NCBI GenBank assembly: GCA_963773065.1
Contig: CAVYZN010000032.1
Coordinates: forward strand, 256,001 to 320,000
Source: an uncultured Gammaproteobacteria bacterium
Lineage (GTDB): Bacteria > Pseudomonadota > Gammaproteobacteria > UBA9214
Length of the DNA stretch: 64,000 nt
Reading direction: 5' to 3'
Below are positions 23,933 to 38,656 of the stretch, piece by piece. The notes beneath the pieces are model-generated. The model did no database searches, was not told where the DNA came from, and saw nothing but the letters and a program-made list of their open reading frames with translations. The stretch's first letter is position 1, and each line of letters begins with the position of its first letter. The position numbers were made by a program, and so were the translations under genes.

Positions 23933-25308
23933 CAACGGCGCCGCCGGCGCAGCCAGATCACCAGCCCGCTCGCGAGCAGCAGGAACGGCAGGCCGAGCAG
24001 GGAGCCGAGGCCGATGACGCCCTGGGTGATCGGGCCCAGTTCCAGCGTGGTGTCGGGCGCGGCCTTGACCCGGATGTTGATGAAGGCGTCATCGTGGCTC
24101 AGCCAGTGGACCATGTTGAGGCCGAGGTCGAGGTTGCCGGCGTTGCCGAGATAGGTGTTGGAGAGAAAATCGCCATCACCCACCACGATGAGGCGCTGTT
24201 CGTGCGGCGGCGTGCCGGATTCATCATCCGCCGCCTCGGGCGAGGCTGCGGCGGTGATGGCCACGCCGATGTCGAGCGGACCGGCGCGTTCATCGGTGTT
24301 TTCGTCGAACTGGATCTCGCCCTTCAGTTCGCCGATCTCGGTCCAGGCGCGGTTGAGCGTCGAGAGGATCGGAGTGGCTTGCCAGTGCTTGTCATCGATC
24401 AGTTCCAGCGCGGCGGCCTCCGGGAACACGGTGACGGCGTTCAGTTCGCGCGTGACGTCATGGTTGGGGTAGGTGGTCACCAGGGCAAAGGACGGGTCAT
24501 TGATGCCGAACGCCTGGGTGGTGGCGTCCACGACGACGCCGGGCAGGAACGCAACGCCGAGCTGTTCGGCCAACGCCTCGAGGCCGGCCGGCTTGCCGGG
24601 TTCCGCCAGCCACAGCAGGTTTCCGCCCCGCGTGACGTAATCGCGCAGCAGGGTCACCTCGCCCGGCAGCAGGTTGACGCGCGGCCCGGCGATGACCAGC
24701 AGGCTGGTATTGTTCGGGATGGGATTCTCGGCCAGGTTGACCTTCTGCACCTTGAGGCCGTTGCGCTCCAGCTCCTTGCCGAAGGCGCCGAGGTCGGCAT
24801 TGGCCTCGCCGTGCGGGTCACGCTCGCCATGGCCGGTGAGAAACACGATCCAGCGTTCGTCCTGACGGGTGACGCGCAGCAGGGCATTGGTCAGTTTCTG
24901 TTCGCTCAGCGCCTGAACGTGTTCGCCGCGGCCCTGGTAGCCGACGACCAGTTCGCCGTCGACCGTGACGCCCTCGGTGCGCACCCGCTCGGGCGCCGTA
25001 TCGGGGTTGACGAATTCCAGGGTGATGTTTGGTTTGAAGCGCTGGTAGCTGCCGACGAGGTCCTTGACCTGCTTGCGCAGCAGTTGGTCCTCGCGAGCAT
25101 AGGCCGTGATGGTAACCGGTTCGGTCATTTTCGCGAGCAGCTTGCGGGTGTCTTCCGAGATCGTATTGCGGCCGCCGGCCGTCCAGTCCGCCTGGTAGAC
25201 ATACAGGGTGCTGAGCCAGGCAAGCAGGCCGATGATGCCGATGAACAGCACGACGAATACCCAGCTTTGCAGGCGCAGCAGGAGGCGGGAGCGGGGGGTG
25301 ATTTGCAT
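23932..25308 (-). CDS. GldG-like ABC transporter auxiliary component
   Basis: DWTAGGRNTIS, FLTGHGE, LVIAGP, GGNLL, VVGDGDF.SN, GNLDLGLN; C-terminal TM followed by RRRRR. Confidence 0.88.
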   Translation of the reverse strand: MQITPRSRLLLRLQSWVFVVLFIGIIGLLAWLSTLYVYQADWTAGGRNTISEDTRKLLAKMTEPVTITAYAREDQLLRKQVKDLVGSYQRFKPNITLEFVNPDTAPERVRTEGVTVDGELVVGYQGRGEHVQALSEQKLTNALLRVTRQDERWIVFLTGHGERDPHGEANADLGAFGKELERNGLKVQKVNLAENPIPNNTSLLVIAGPRVNLLPGEVTLLRDYVTRGGNLLWLAEPGKPAGLEALAEQLGVAFLPGVVVDATTQAFGINDPSFALVTTYPNHDVTRELNAVTVFPEAAALELIDDKHWQATPILSTLNRAWTEIGELKGEIQFDENTDERAGPLDIGVAITAAASPEAADDESGTPPHEQRLIVVGDGDFLSNTYLGNAGNLDLGLNMVHWLSHDDAFINIRVKAAPDTTLELGPITQGVIGLGSLLGLPFLLLASGLVIWLRRRRR

Positions 25309-25329
25309 GACTCGGACAGGCTCTTTGCG

Positions 25330-26082
25330 TCAGTGTGACAGCCGGTCGGCATCCAGGCGGCGGATGCTGAGGCCGAGGAACAGGATGATGACCAGCAGGT
25401 AATAGGCGACGTCGGTGCTGTTGAACAGGCCCTTCAGCAGGGTTTCATAGTGGCGCAGCATGGACAGGTAGGCGAACAGGCCGCTCGCCTGGTTCTCGCT
25501 GTTGCCGGCCCAGTCGATGATCCACAGGAGCAGCAACAGGCCGAAGGTGCTGATGGCGGCAATCGTCGGCTGCTCGGTCAGCGCCGACATGAACAGGCCG
25601 GTGGCGGCAAACGCCGCCAGCAGCAGGGTGAGACCGAGCAGACCCGCGGCGAGCTTGCCAAGATCGAGTTCGGTGCCGGCCAGCAGGGAGAGCGGCATCA
25701 GGGCCAGCAGGCCCAGCAGGACCAGGAAGAAGGACAGCACGCCCAGGTATTTGCCGATGACGATCTCGGTCATCGACACGGGCGCCGAGAACAGCAGGCT
25801 CAGGGTGCGGTTGCGCCGTTCCTCGCTCAGCACGCGCATCGTCAAGAGCGGCGCCACCAGCAGCAGCACGATGGCGGCGTCGGAGAACAGCGGGGCGATG
25901 ACGAGGTCCGCGACGCCGGGCGCGCCTTCCACGGCCGCCAGCCGCGGCTGCCACACGAGGTAGTTGTCGATCTGCGACAGGAAGATGTAGGCCAGGATGA
26001 ACTGCACCACGGCCAGCACCGCCCAGGCCAGCGGCGAGAGGAACAGGCTGCGCAGCTCGCGCGCGGCGATGGTGAAGATCAT
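25330..26082 (-). CDS. GldF-like ABC-2 permease
   Basis: ARELRSLFLSPLAW, PLLTMRVLSEERRNRTL, IVIGKYLG. Confidence 0.9.
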   Translation of the reverse strand: MIFTIAARELRSLFLSPLAWAVLAVVQFILAYIFLSQIDNYLVWQPRLAAVEGAPGVADLVIAPLFSDAAIVLLLVAPLLTMRVLSEERRNRTLSLLFSAPVSMTEIVIGKYLGVLSFFLVLLGLLALMPLSLLAGTELDLGKLAAGLLGLTLLLAAFAATGLFMSALTEQPTIAAISTFGLLLLLWIIDWAGNSENQASGLFAYLSMLRHYETLLKGLFNSTDVAYYLLVIILFLGLSIRRLDADRLSH

Positions 26083-27035
26083 CAGGCGGCTTCCTCCGGT
26101 TGATCCGAGGGCTGCTCCGAGCAGGTCAGTTCGATGAAGATCTGCTCCAGCGTGCGCCGTTCGGGGCTGAGTTCATACAGGCGCCAGCGGTTGGCGACCG
26201 CCTGCGCAATCAGGGCCTCGGAGGGGTCGGTATCCGTGAAATGGATACGCACCCGATGGCCGGGGAGTGGTTCCGCGTGGCTGACGCCCGGCACCTGCGC
26301 CAGGGCGTCCAGGTCCGGGGCGGCGTGAAATGCGGCGATCAGGCTGGTGGCGGTCAGCCGCCGCTCGAGGCCGGCAATGCTGTCGGAAAATACCAGCCGC
26401 CCCTGGTGAATGATCTGCACCCGGTTACAGATGGCTTGCACCTCGGGCAGGATGTGGGTGGACAGGATGATGCCGTGCTCCTTGCCCAATTCGCGGATCA
26501 GGGCGCGAATTTCGCGGATCTGAATGGGGTCGAGGCCGACGGTGGGTTCATCGAGGATCACCACCGCGGGCGTATGGATGATTGCCTGGGCGATGCCGAC
26601 GCGCTGCTGATAACCCTTGGAGAGGTTGCCGATCAGGCGGTGGCTGACCTCGTTGAGGCCGCAGCGTTCCATGGCCGTACTGATGGCCTTGTCGATGTGG
26701 CCGCGGGCGATGCGATGCAACTTGGCGCAGTAATGCAGGTATTCCTCCACGGTCAGTTCCCGGTAGACCGGGGGCTGCTCGGGCAGGTAGCCGATATCGC
26801 CCTTGGCGCGCTTGGGCTCATCGAGCAGATCGATGCCGTGCACGCTGATCCGCCCGGCGCTGGGCGCGAGGTTGCCGGTGATGACCTGCATGGTGGTGGT
26901 CTTGCCGGCGCCGTTGGGTCCGAGAAAACCCAGCACCTCGCCCTTGGCCAGGTCGAAACTCACGTCATCGACGGCCAGGTTATGGCCGTAGTAGCGGGTC
27001 AGGTGTTCGACGTGTACCAGCATGTCCTTCTGCAT
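26082..27035 (-). CDS. GldA-like ABC ATP-binding protein
   Basis: GPNGAGKTT, LSKGYQQRVG, LDEPTVGLDP, STHILPEV. Confidence 0.92.
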   Translation of the reverse strand: MQKDMLVHVEHLTRYYGHNLAVDDVSFDLAKGEVLGFLGPNGAGKTTTMQVITGNLAPSAGRISVHGIDLLDEPKRAKGDIGYLPEQPPVYRELTVEEYLHYCAKLHRIARGHIDKAISTAMERCGLNEVSHRLIGNLSKGYQQRVGIAQAIIHTPAVVILDEPTVGLDPIQIREIRALIRELGKEHGIILSTHILPEVQAICNRVQIIHQGRLVFSDSIAGLERRLTATSLIAAFHAAPDLDALAQVPGVSHAEPLPGHRVRIHFTDTDPSEALIAQAVANRWRLYELSPERRTLEQIFIELTCSEQPSDQPEEAA

Positions 27036-27270
27036 GGGAACAGATTATCCAGGTTTGGTCTATGACACGAGGCGCGGATTATACTCCCGGTTCGCGCCTT
27101 GAAAAGTGTGGATTCGCCATGCCGCCGACGCATCCGACCCGATACGACCCGGAACCGCCGGAAAGGTTCACAATCAACGGAAGCGATAATGTGGCTGGGT
27201 ATTGATACCGGCGGGACGTTCACCGGCGTGATACAATTCCCACCGGTATGGATTTACGAGGCCAAACGGC

Positions 27271-28473
27271 ATGATTGAAACCCTGCTCGATTTTTTAGCT
27301 GATGGCGGCCTGACGCAATTGTCGTGGGTCGGCGTGGTCCTCACGGGACTGGTGCTGAACCAGGTGACCATTGCCGGGGTCACCATTTACCTGCATCGGC
27401 ATCAGGCGCACCGGGCGCTCGACCTGCATCCCCTAGTCAGTCACTTTTTCCGCTTCTGGCTGTGGCTGACGACCGGCATGGTGACCCGCGAGTGGGTGGC
27501 CGTGCACCGCAAGCACCACGCGAAATGCGAAACGCCGGATGATCCGCACAGCCCCCAGGTGCTCGGCATCCGCAAGGTGCTGTGGCAGGGCTCGGAGCTG
27601 TACCGGCAGGAAGCCGCCAACACCGGAACCCTCGAACACTACGGGCACCTCACACCGGGCGACTGGCTGGAGCGTCGCGTCTACGCCCGTTTCCCCTGGC
27701 TGGGTATCACGCTGATGCTGGTGCTGGATATCGCGCTGTTCGGCAGCGTCGGCCTGGTGCTCTATGCGGTGCAGATGGCGTGGATTCCGTTCTGGGCGGC
27801 CGGTGTGATCAACGGTGTGGGCCATTGGTGGGGTTACCGCAACTTCGAGACCCCGGATGCCTCGCGCAACATCACCCCGCTTGCCATCATCATCGGCGGG
27901 GAAGAACTCCATGCCAACCATCACGCCTTCCCGGCCTCGGCGCGGTTCTCCTGCAAATGGTGGGAGTTCGACCTGGGATGGGTCTGGATCCGCCTGTTGT
28001 CGCTGCTGGGGCTGGCGAAGGTCAAGAAGATCGCGCCGCGGCCGGTCATCATCGCCGGCAAGCACAGCATCGACGGGGATACCGTGCGCGCCGTGGTGGT
28101 CAACCGCATGCATGTCATGGCCAATTATGCCCGTGAGGTCATTCGGCCGGTGCTGAAACAGGAGCGCAAGCGGGCGGAAGGGTCCTGCAAGGGGGCGCTC
28201 AGACGCGCGCGAGCACTGCTGACCCGCGAGGCTTCGCTGATCGACGAGGCCGCCCGCCTGCGTCTTGACGGCATCCTCGCGCAATTCAGCAACCTGCGGG
28301 TCGTCTACCAGTACCGGCAGCAACTGCAATCGGTCTGGGCGCGCAAGGCGACCAGCCCGGAAAACCTGATCAAGGCGCTGCAGGAATGGTGTGTGCAGGC
28401 CGAGGCAACGGGCATCTCCGCCCTGCAGGACTTCGCCCGGCGGCTGCGCGGCTACAGCCTGCAGGCGGGCTGA
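27271..28473 (+). CDS. desA: Delta-9 fatty acid desaturase
   Basis: His boxes HRHQAH, HRKHH, HANHH; DDPHSP; C-terminal LQEWC..AE..GI..LQDF. Confidence 0.92.
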   Translation: MIETLLDFLADGGLTQLSWVGVVLTGLVLNQVTIAGVTIYLHRHQAHRALDLHPLVSHFFRFWLWLTTGMVTREWVAVHRKHHAKCETPDDPHSPQVLGIRKVLWQGSELYRQEAANTGTLEHYGHLTPGDWLERRVYARFPWLGITLMLVLDIALFGSVGLVLYAVQMAWIPFWAAGVINGVGHWWGYRNFETPDASRNITPLAIIIGGEELHANHHAFPASARFSCKWWEFDLGWVWIRLLSLLGLAKVKKIAPRPVIIAGKHSIDGDTVRAVVVNRMHVMANYAREVIRPVLKQERKRAEGSCKGALRRARALLTREASLIDEAARLRLDGILAQFSNLRVVYQYRQQLQSVWARKATSPENLIKALQEWCVQAEATGISALQDFARRLRGYSLQAG

Positions 28474-28483
28474 TCAGGCACGA

Positions 28484-28520
28484 GCAATAAAAAACCCGGC
28501 GGTGCCGGGTTTTTTATTGC
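28484..28520. terminator. Bidirectional terminator between desA and rpmG
   Basis: Perfect 17-bp IR GCAATAAAAAACCCGGC-GGT-GCCGGGTTTTTTATTGC. Confidence 0.92.
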
Positions 28521-28539
28521 CTGTCGGTATGCCGACCGG

Positions 28540-28696
28540 TTACTTGATCTTGCTTTCCTTGTATATCACGTGCTTGCGCACCACCGGGTCGAATTTCTTG
28601 ATTTCCATCTTCTCCGGCATGTTGCGCTTGTTCTTGGTCGTGGTGTAGTAAGTGGCCGGTGCCGGCGCTGGAGACGAGCTTGATCTTGTCACGCAT
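28540..28696 (-). CDS. rpmG: 50S ribosomal protein L33 (1-nt insertion near 28651)
   Basis: [15 protein letters not shown] then [36 protein letters not shown] after removing one base. Confidence 0.94.
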
Positions 28697-28706
28697 GGCT
28701 ATACTC

Positions 28707-28943
28707 CTAGATCTTTTCGCCGCGGGCGCGGATATCCGCCAGCACGTTATCAATGCCCAGCTTGTCGATAATCCGCATGCCATTGCTGGAGACGCGCAGC
28801 TTCACCCAGCGCTTCTCGCCTGCCACCCAGAAACGGTGTTTGTGCAGATTGGGCAGGAAGCGCCGCCGCGTCTTGTTATTGGCATGGGAGACATTATTGC
28901 CGCTCAGCGGCCGCTTTCCCGTGACCTGACATACTCTGGACAT
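28707..28943 (-). CDS. rpmB: 50S ribosomal protein L28
   Basis: [34 protein letters not shown]. Confidence 0.98.
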   Translation of the reverse strand: MSRVCQVTGKRPLSGNNVSHANNKTRRRFLPNLHKHRFWVAGEKRWVKLRVSSNGMRIIDKLGIDNVLADIRARGEKI

Positions 28944-29423
28944 TGCTGAAATTCCCGATGGTTAAACGGACATTCCCTCGCAGGGGAGCGCGCTTTATAG
29001 CAGTTTGGCGTGCCGCCCGCAAGCCGCCGCTTCGGGCGTGGTCGGTCTGCCCTGGCGGGATAATCGATATAGTTCTGATTGTATTGATGGTAATTATTGT
29101 CAGGGTTGGATTTCCCGTCTGGATTTCATGACGCAGCGGGTTGTGTCCGGGCATGACCGCGTATTATGCCCGCAGCGTAGAGTTGCCGCCCGGCAAACTG
29201 TGCATCATGCACGGTGACTGCGACGACGGCGTAGATATTCCCACGGAACAACGGGCTAGCCTCGAACCCGACTACCGCCCTGCCGTTCTTTGACTCGCCG
29301 CCCTCGAACGGGTAGCCTCTGGAGCGGAAATGGCGTCGATTCCCAATTACTTATTCTCACCGGCATTCCGTGTTTCGTTACCGTCCTTTTAAGTATTCAT
29401 GCGCCCACGCCGGCCGCCTCACG

Positions 29424-31290
29424 GTGCGTATCCTGCTCAGCGGCCTGTTTTGCCTCGGCCTGCTAGCTCCCGCAACGGTCACGGCAGCCGAGATCAGTGT
29501 GCCGCTCAGGGTGCCGCTGGCGCTGCTGCGCGAGCCGCTGCTGGAAATGTCCGCGCTGACGGCAGCAAGCCCCCCGGGAACTTTACCGCGAAGGCGTCTG
29601 CCGCTATTTCCAGGCCGGCAGCCCGGCGCTCGAACAGCGTGCGGACGGACTGCACTTCGTCACTCACGTGGGCGGGCAATGGGCGATCGAGATCGCCGGC
29701 CGGTGCATCGGGCCATCTGCCTGGAGCGGCACCGCCGACCTGGAACTGGTCCCCGTCGTGGGCGAGGATGGGCGCCTGCGCCTGCGCATCAGCCGCAGTA
29801 CCCTGCGCGACGATGCCGGCAGGAGCGCGCCGCTGCTCAGCTTCATCGTGAATCTGAGCAAGCGTTTCATCAACACGCGCATCGAGGCATTCAGTTATGA
29901 CCTGACACCGCCGCGGGAGGAGGCCCTGGCCGTGTTGCGCGACTGCGTACCCCCGGCTATCGTGCCAGCCATCGGGGAAGCCCTGCGCAGCCTGCGTCTG
30001 GGGGATGCCGGTCTGGAACCGGATACGGTGACGGTCCCGCTGATCCTGACGATCCCGGATGCCTGGCGCGAACCGCATGCCGTCCCGGCAGTCGCGCCGC
30101 TGGATGAAGCCGCCATCAGGGCGCTCGAACAGGCCTTCGAACCCCTGGATGCCTTTCTCGTGTTTGTCGTCAAGCGCGCCGGGGTGGAACTCACGGACCC
30201 CGACCTGCGCGAGCGCCTGTTCGAGCTGTTGCTGGCGAGCCGCTACCGGCTGGTGGACATCCTTTCCGGCGAGGTTGAGGCCGTATCCGGCGATCCGCTG
30301 CGGGACCTGTTCATCGCGGACTGGGAGGACCTGCGGGCTCTCATCGCAACGGCCGGGCAGCGCGGGTTGATCAGGGGCCGCCTGCCGGAATATGCTTTGT
30401 TCATCAACGCCGGCGATGTGTTGCTCGCCATCGACCAGGCGGCTCCCGGCGTGGGCGTGGAGATCACGGCGGACGGCTTGCGCCGCCTGGCTCGCACCCT
30501 GCAGCCGGGTCTCATCGCGGACCCCTTGAAGTTCGATCTGGAGGTGGACCCGGAGCTGCGGCAGTTGTTCGACTTCGGCCCCGACGCACCGCCACCACCG
30601 CCATCTATCCCCCCGCCGGGGACGTCGTTGGGAAATCGCCTGCTCGCCCGGCTTTTCAGTCCGGCGCACGCGGCCGAGGCTGCGGTGGATCCGGGAGCGG
30701 AACTCGGCAAGCGCCTCGATCACTGGGTCCCCACCAGCGAGCAATTGACCGACTACCAAGGCACGGTGGACAGCCTGCTGCGTCTTACCGCAAACCGGCA
30801 ACTGCAGGCGGGGGGGCTGAAACCGGCCTATGCCGCCATCTACCGCCATCTGCTCCCGGCGACGGCGCTGATCGAGAGCTGCTGGCGTCAATTCGTGCGC
30901 GAGGGCGGCAAGGTGACCTTCCTGAAATCGTCCGCCGGCAGCATCGGCATGCTGCAGATCAATCAGCACGTGTGGCGGGGCTTCTACAAGATAGAACGGC
31001 TCAAATGGGATGTCCCCTACAACGTCCAGGCCGGGGCCGAAATCCTGCTGCGCTACCTGAAGATCAACGCCATCCCGCTGGCGGAGAAGACCGGGGATAC
31101 CGACCATATCCCGCGGGCCACCTATTGTGTCTACAACGCGGGACCGAAGGCCGCCCGGCGGTTTCTGGACACCAAGGGATCCGCCCGCGCCAAAGCCGTG
31201 GACGAACGCTTGTGGCGGCTGTATCAGGGGATCGCCGCCGGCGGGACGGTCGACCTGCAACAGTGCCGGGTCGTGGCCGCGCCGGGCTAG
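29424..31290 (+). CDS. Large secreted protein with C-terminal lytic transglycosylase (SLT) domain, frameshift near 29575; start uncertain
   Basis: Signal peptide (V)[22 protein letters not shown]; SLT motifs [26 protein letters not shown]. Confidence 0.82.
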
Positions 31291-31964
31291 AGGCAGCCGC
31301 GCTCGGCCAGCGACACGCCATCACCCTCCCCGACGATGAAGTGATCCAGTACCCGGATATCCACCAGCGCCAGAGCATCGACCAGGCGGCGCGTGAGCTC
31401 GATATCCGCGCGGCTGGGTTCGGCTACGCCGGAGGGGTGATTGTGGGCGAGGATGACGGCCGCCGCGTTGTGATACAGGGCGCGTTTGACGACTTCGCGC
31501 GGGTGCACGCTGGCGCCGTCGATGGTGCCGCGGAACAGTTCCTCGAAGGTGATCACCCGGTGGCGGTTATCGAGGAACAGGCAGGCGAAGATTTCATGCG
31601 GCAGGTGGCGCAGCCGGCTGGCGAGGTAGCGGCGGGTGACGTCGGGATTCTCCAGCGGGTCCTCGCGCCGCAATTGCTCGGCCAGATGCCGCCGCGCCAT
31701 TTCCAGCACGGCCTGCAATTGGGCGTACTTGGCGATGCCCAGGCCATGCATGGCGCAAAAGCGCTCGCGGTCCGCTTCAAGCAGCGCGCGCAGGCCACCG
31801 TAGGTCTGCAACAGCTCGCGCGCCAGGTCCACCGCGGTTTTCCCGCTTACCCCGGTGCGCAGGAAGATGGCCAGTAATTCCGCATCCGACAGCGCTTGCG
31901 GGCCGTGAGCGAGCAGCTTTTCACGCGGCCGTTCACTCACCGGCCAGTCCCTGATGGTTCCCAT
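31287..31964 (-). CDS. radC: RadC (UPF0758) JAB-domain protein
   Basis: [41 protein letters not shown]; SD GGAGG. Confidence 0.95.
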   Translation of the reverse strand: MGTIRDWPVSERPREKLLAHGPQALSDAELLAIFLRTGVSGKTAVDLARELLQTYGGLRALLEADRERFCAMHGLGIAKYAQLQAVLEMARRHLAEQLRREDPLENPDVTRRYLASRLRHLPHEIFACLFLDNRHRVITFEELFRGTIDGASVHPREVVKRALYHNAAAVILAHNHPSGVAEPSRADIELTRRLVDALALVDIRVLDHFIVGEGDGVSLAERGCL

Positions 31965-32035
31965 GACAACCTCCGTGTCGTCAACGTTGAGAATAGGTGT
32001 ACTACAGGCAAACAGGCTCAAGCAGCGATAAAATA

Positions 32036-32209
32036 ACCGCAAAGACACGAAGGGCGCAAAGAAAATCTTGTTGCCACGGAATCCATGGAAGAGCATGGAA
32101 TTGTCTAAAGAGCGGTTCGTGACTTCGCGATGGAATCCAAGTGCATGATAAACAAGCTGCGCTGATTTTCTATATTGGGTCTTCTCTGCGTACTTGGCGT
32201 CTTTGCGGT
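32036..32209. repeat. MITE-like element, ACCGCAAAGAC family, copy 2
   Basis: 28-bp imperfect terminal IR (ACCGCAAAGACACGAAGGGCGCAAAGAA / TTCTCTGCGTACTTGGCGTCTTTGCGGT, 23/28 complementary) around an AT-richer core. Confidence 0.7.
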
Positions 32210-32283
32210 GGGATATCATGGTCATACTGCATGGGTGATGGATCATGTCCGTCGATGCCGATCATTTGCTAAACTCTCGCGTC

Positions 32284-33525
32284 ATGAGCCTCTTGTCTGG
32301 AAAACACATACTGCTTGGCGTAACCGGCGGCATCGCCGCCTACAAGAGCGCCGAGCTGGTGAGACGACTGCGCGAGCAGGGGGCGCTGGTGCGCGTGGTG
32401 ATGACGGCCGCGGCGACACGCTTCATCACGCCATTGACACTGCAGGCGCTCTCCGGTCAGGCGGTGCACACCGACCTGCTCGATCCCGAAGCCGAGGCCG
32501 CGATGGGGCATATCGAGCTGGCGCGCTGGGCGGACGCGCTGCTGGTGGCCCCGGCGACGGCGGATTTCCTGGCTCGTCTGGCGCAGGGACGCGCGAATGA
32601 CTTGCTGGCGGCCGTCTGCCTGGTCTGCGAGGCGCCGCTGGCCGTGGCCCCGGCGATGAACCGCGCCATGTGGGAGAATGCCGCGACCGTGGAGAATCTC
32701 GCCCTGTTGCGCCAGCGCGGCATTAAGGTCTTCGGCCCGGCGCAGGGGAGCCAGGCCTGCGGGGAAACCGGCCCCGGCCGCATGCTCGAGCCCGAGGAAC
32801 TCGCCGGGGAGCTGGCCGGCCTGTTTCAGACCGGCGCCCTGGCGGGTTGCCGGGTGCTGGTGACGGCAGGGCCGACGCGTGAAGCGATTGACCCCGTGCG
32901 GTATATCAGCAACCGCAGTTCCGGCAAGATGGGCTATGCCGTGGCCGGGGCGGCCGTTGAAGCCGGGGCCGCGGTCACGCTGGTCAGCGGCCCCGTGTCA
33001 CTGCCGATCCCCGCGCGGGTCGAACGCATCGACGTCGAAACGGCGGAAGAAATGCTGCGCGCGGTGATGGAACGCATCGACGGCATCGATATCTTCATCG
33101 CCGCCGCCGCCGTGGCGGACTACCGGCCGCGGGTCGTGGCGGAGGGGAAGATCAGGAAGTCCGCTCCTGATATGACGCTGGTGCTGGAGCGCAACCCGGA
33201 TATCCTGGCGGCCGTGGCAGCGATTCCCGGCGGGCCGTTTACGGTCGGGTTTGCCGCCGAGACCCATGCCCTTGAAGCAAACGCGACCGAGAAACGGCGG
33301 GCCAAGGCGCTGGACATGATCGCCGCCAATGCGGTCGGAACCGGGCTCGGCTTTGACACGGATGACAACGCGCTGGAGGTTTTTTGGGAAGGGGGCTCCA
33401 TTAGGCTTGCGCGGACCCGCAAGGACCGACTGGCGCGGCAATTGCTGGCGGTGATCGCCGCGCGTTATCACGGCAAACACAACCGGGAAACCGTAATAAA
33501 ACTTCATGCAAAAGATTCAGCTTAA
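32284..33525 (+). CDS. coaBC: Phosphopantothenoylcysteine decarboxylase/ligase
   Basis: [63 protein letters not shown]. Confidence 0.96.
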   Translation: MSLLSGKHILLGVTGGIAAYKSAELVRRLREQGALVRVVMTAAATRFITPLTLQALSGQAVHTDLLDPEAEAAMGHIELARWADALLVAPATADFLARLAQGRANDLLAAVCLVCEAPLAVAPAMNRAMWENAATVENLALLRQRGIKVFGPAQGSQACGETGPGRMLEPEELAGELAGLFQTGALAGCRVLVTAGPTREAIDPVRYISNRSSGKMGYAVAGAAVEAGAAVTLVSGPVSLPIPARVERIDVETAEEMLRAVMERIDGIDIFIAAAAVADYRPRVVAEGKIRKSAPDMTLVLERNPDILAAVAAIPGGPFTVGFAAETHALEANATEKRRAKALDMIAANAVGTGLGFDTDDNALEVFWEGGSIRLARTRKDRLARQLLAVIAARYHGKHNRETVIKLHAKDSA

Positions 33526-33961
33526 GATCCTCGATGGCCGTCTGGGGAACGAGTTTCCCTTGCCCCATTACGCGACTGATGGCGCCGCCGGCATGGATAT
33601 GCGCGCCTGTGTCGATGCCCCCCTGGTGATCGCGCCGGGCGAGACACAGTTGATCCCGACCGGCCTGGCGATCCATATCCAGGAACCCGGGCTGGCCGCG
33701 ATGCTGTTGCCGCGTTCGGGTCTCGGCCACAAACACGGCATCGTGCTGGGCAATCTGGTGGGCCTGATCGACTCGGATTACCAGGGGCAGGTATTCGTTT
33801 CCTGCTGGAATCGTGGCGGTGAGACCTTCACCGTACAGCCCGGCGAACGCATAGCCCAGATGGTGATCGTGCCGGTGGTGCATGCTGATTTCGAGGTGGT
33901 TGAGGAGTTTGCGGCCAGCGCGCGCGGTGTGGGTGGATTTGGCCACACTGGCCGTCATTGA
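33506..33961 (+). CDS. dut: dUTP diphosphatase
   Basis: [32 protein letters not shown]. Confidence 0.97.
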   Translation: MQKIQLKILDGRLGNEFPLPHYATDGAAGMDMRACVDAPLVIAPGETQLIPTGLAIHIQEPGLAAMLLPRSGLGHKHGIVLGNLVGLIDSDYQGQVFVSCWNRGGETFTVQPGERIAQMVIVPVVHADFEVVEEFAASARGVGGFGHTGRH

Positions 33962-34014
33962 CCGGTGAACAAGGCGGACGGCTTGCCGATAAGCTTGGGG
34001 CAAAACAAGGGACC

Positions 34015-37637
<3,623 letters not shown>

Positions 37638-38271
37638 TTACTTGTTGGACGTCAGTTCCTGGTAACGTTTGATGTCCATCATCAAATTTGCTTCGCGATT
37701 TCTTCCTTTTCATCGGTGCTTGATCTTCACGAATTCCTCGTTCTGCTGGATCTGCTCCTGGGTATTCTTCATCTGATTCACCAGCCCTTCGGGGAGCTTC
37801 TTGCCGCTGCGCTCGAATTCCGCGGCATCGTCCGTGAGTTCGTTAAGATGTTTCTCCATGGAATCAAGGCGGCTGTTTGTCAACTGGATGAGCGTTTCCA
37901 CGGAAGCGATCTTGCTGTCGCGCGCCTGCAGCATGTCTTCCTCGCTTGAATAGGTCGAGAGCAGGCTATGGTCACGTACCGCCTGTTGATCGGCGAGTTT
38001 CTTCTCTTCGGCCTTTTTTTTCGCAAGCGTGTTCCGCCGTCGGCCTTTTGCTCCGGCGTTTTGGCGGCTTCGTAGACCTTGACGGTTCGGCCCTGGTCGT
38101 TGATGACGCTGCGTTCCTGGTTTGCGTATTGGGGGGGACTCGGTCACCGTACTGGGTATTTCCCGATTCATCGACCCACTTGAATATACGTTCCGCGAAG
38201 ACCTCACTGCCCGTTAGCAGTGCCGGCAGTAAAATCAGGCAAGGAATATAAGATGAATGGGCAAATTTCAT
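37638..38271 (-). CDS. DUF4124 domain exported protein with coiled coil; several frameshifts
   Basis: Signal peptide; IFKWVDESGNTQYGDRVPP; RDHSLLSTYSSEED; usual position next to pyrE. Confidence 0.8.
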
Positions 38272-38361
38272 GATGTGAGAATTCCTGTTTCTAGCCATGT
38301 GTTGTGCTCCACAATGCATGGGGATTATATACCCAATGCGACGGATAACCGGGGAGCTACG

Positions 38362-38628
38362 GTGAACGGGCTGGGAACAAGTCATGCTTTTCCTGGTGTC
38401 ACTGGCGGCCAACCTGTTCTCGGCGTTTTCCGGGGGTGGTGCCGGACTTATCCAGTTGCCGGTGCTGATCTTTCTGGGCCTTCCCTTTGCCATCGCGCTG
38501 GCGACTCATAAAGTCGCCAGTGTCGCGTTAGGTATCGGCGCGACCATACGCCACTTGAGAGAAGAGGCGCTGGAGCGTCGTCCGAGCTGGTGACACTGTT
38601 GGTGGGGGTGAAGCTGATCGTGGGTTAG
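38362..38628 (+). pseudogene. Internally deleted TauE/SafE sulfite-exporter family gene
   Basis: N-terminus SAFSGGGAGLIQLPVLIFLGLPFAIALATHKVA joined at about 38580 to a C-terminus-like ELVTLLVGVKLIVG*; only about 270 bp. Confidence 0.75.
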
Positions 38629-38656
38629 GTCACCCGTCACGCGCTTGTCTTTGTTT

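Noticed and set aside
28540-28696. Programmed frameshifting in rpmG and other broken genes
   Set aside because: No slippery heptamer or stimulatory structure seen; indels are scattered as expected for sequencing error
31965-32246. 94-aa N-terminal extension of RadC
   Set aside because: It is the translated repeat element ([10 protein letters not shown]); the SD and family alignment support ATG 31964
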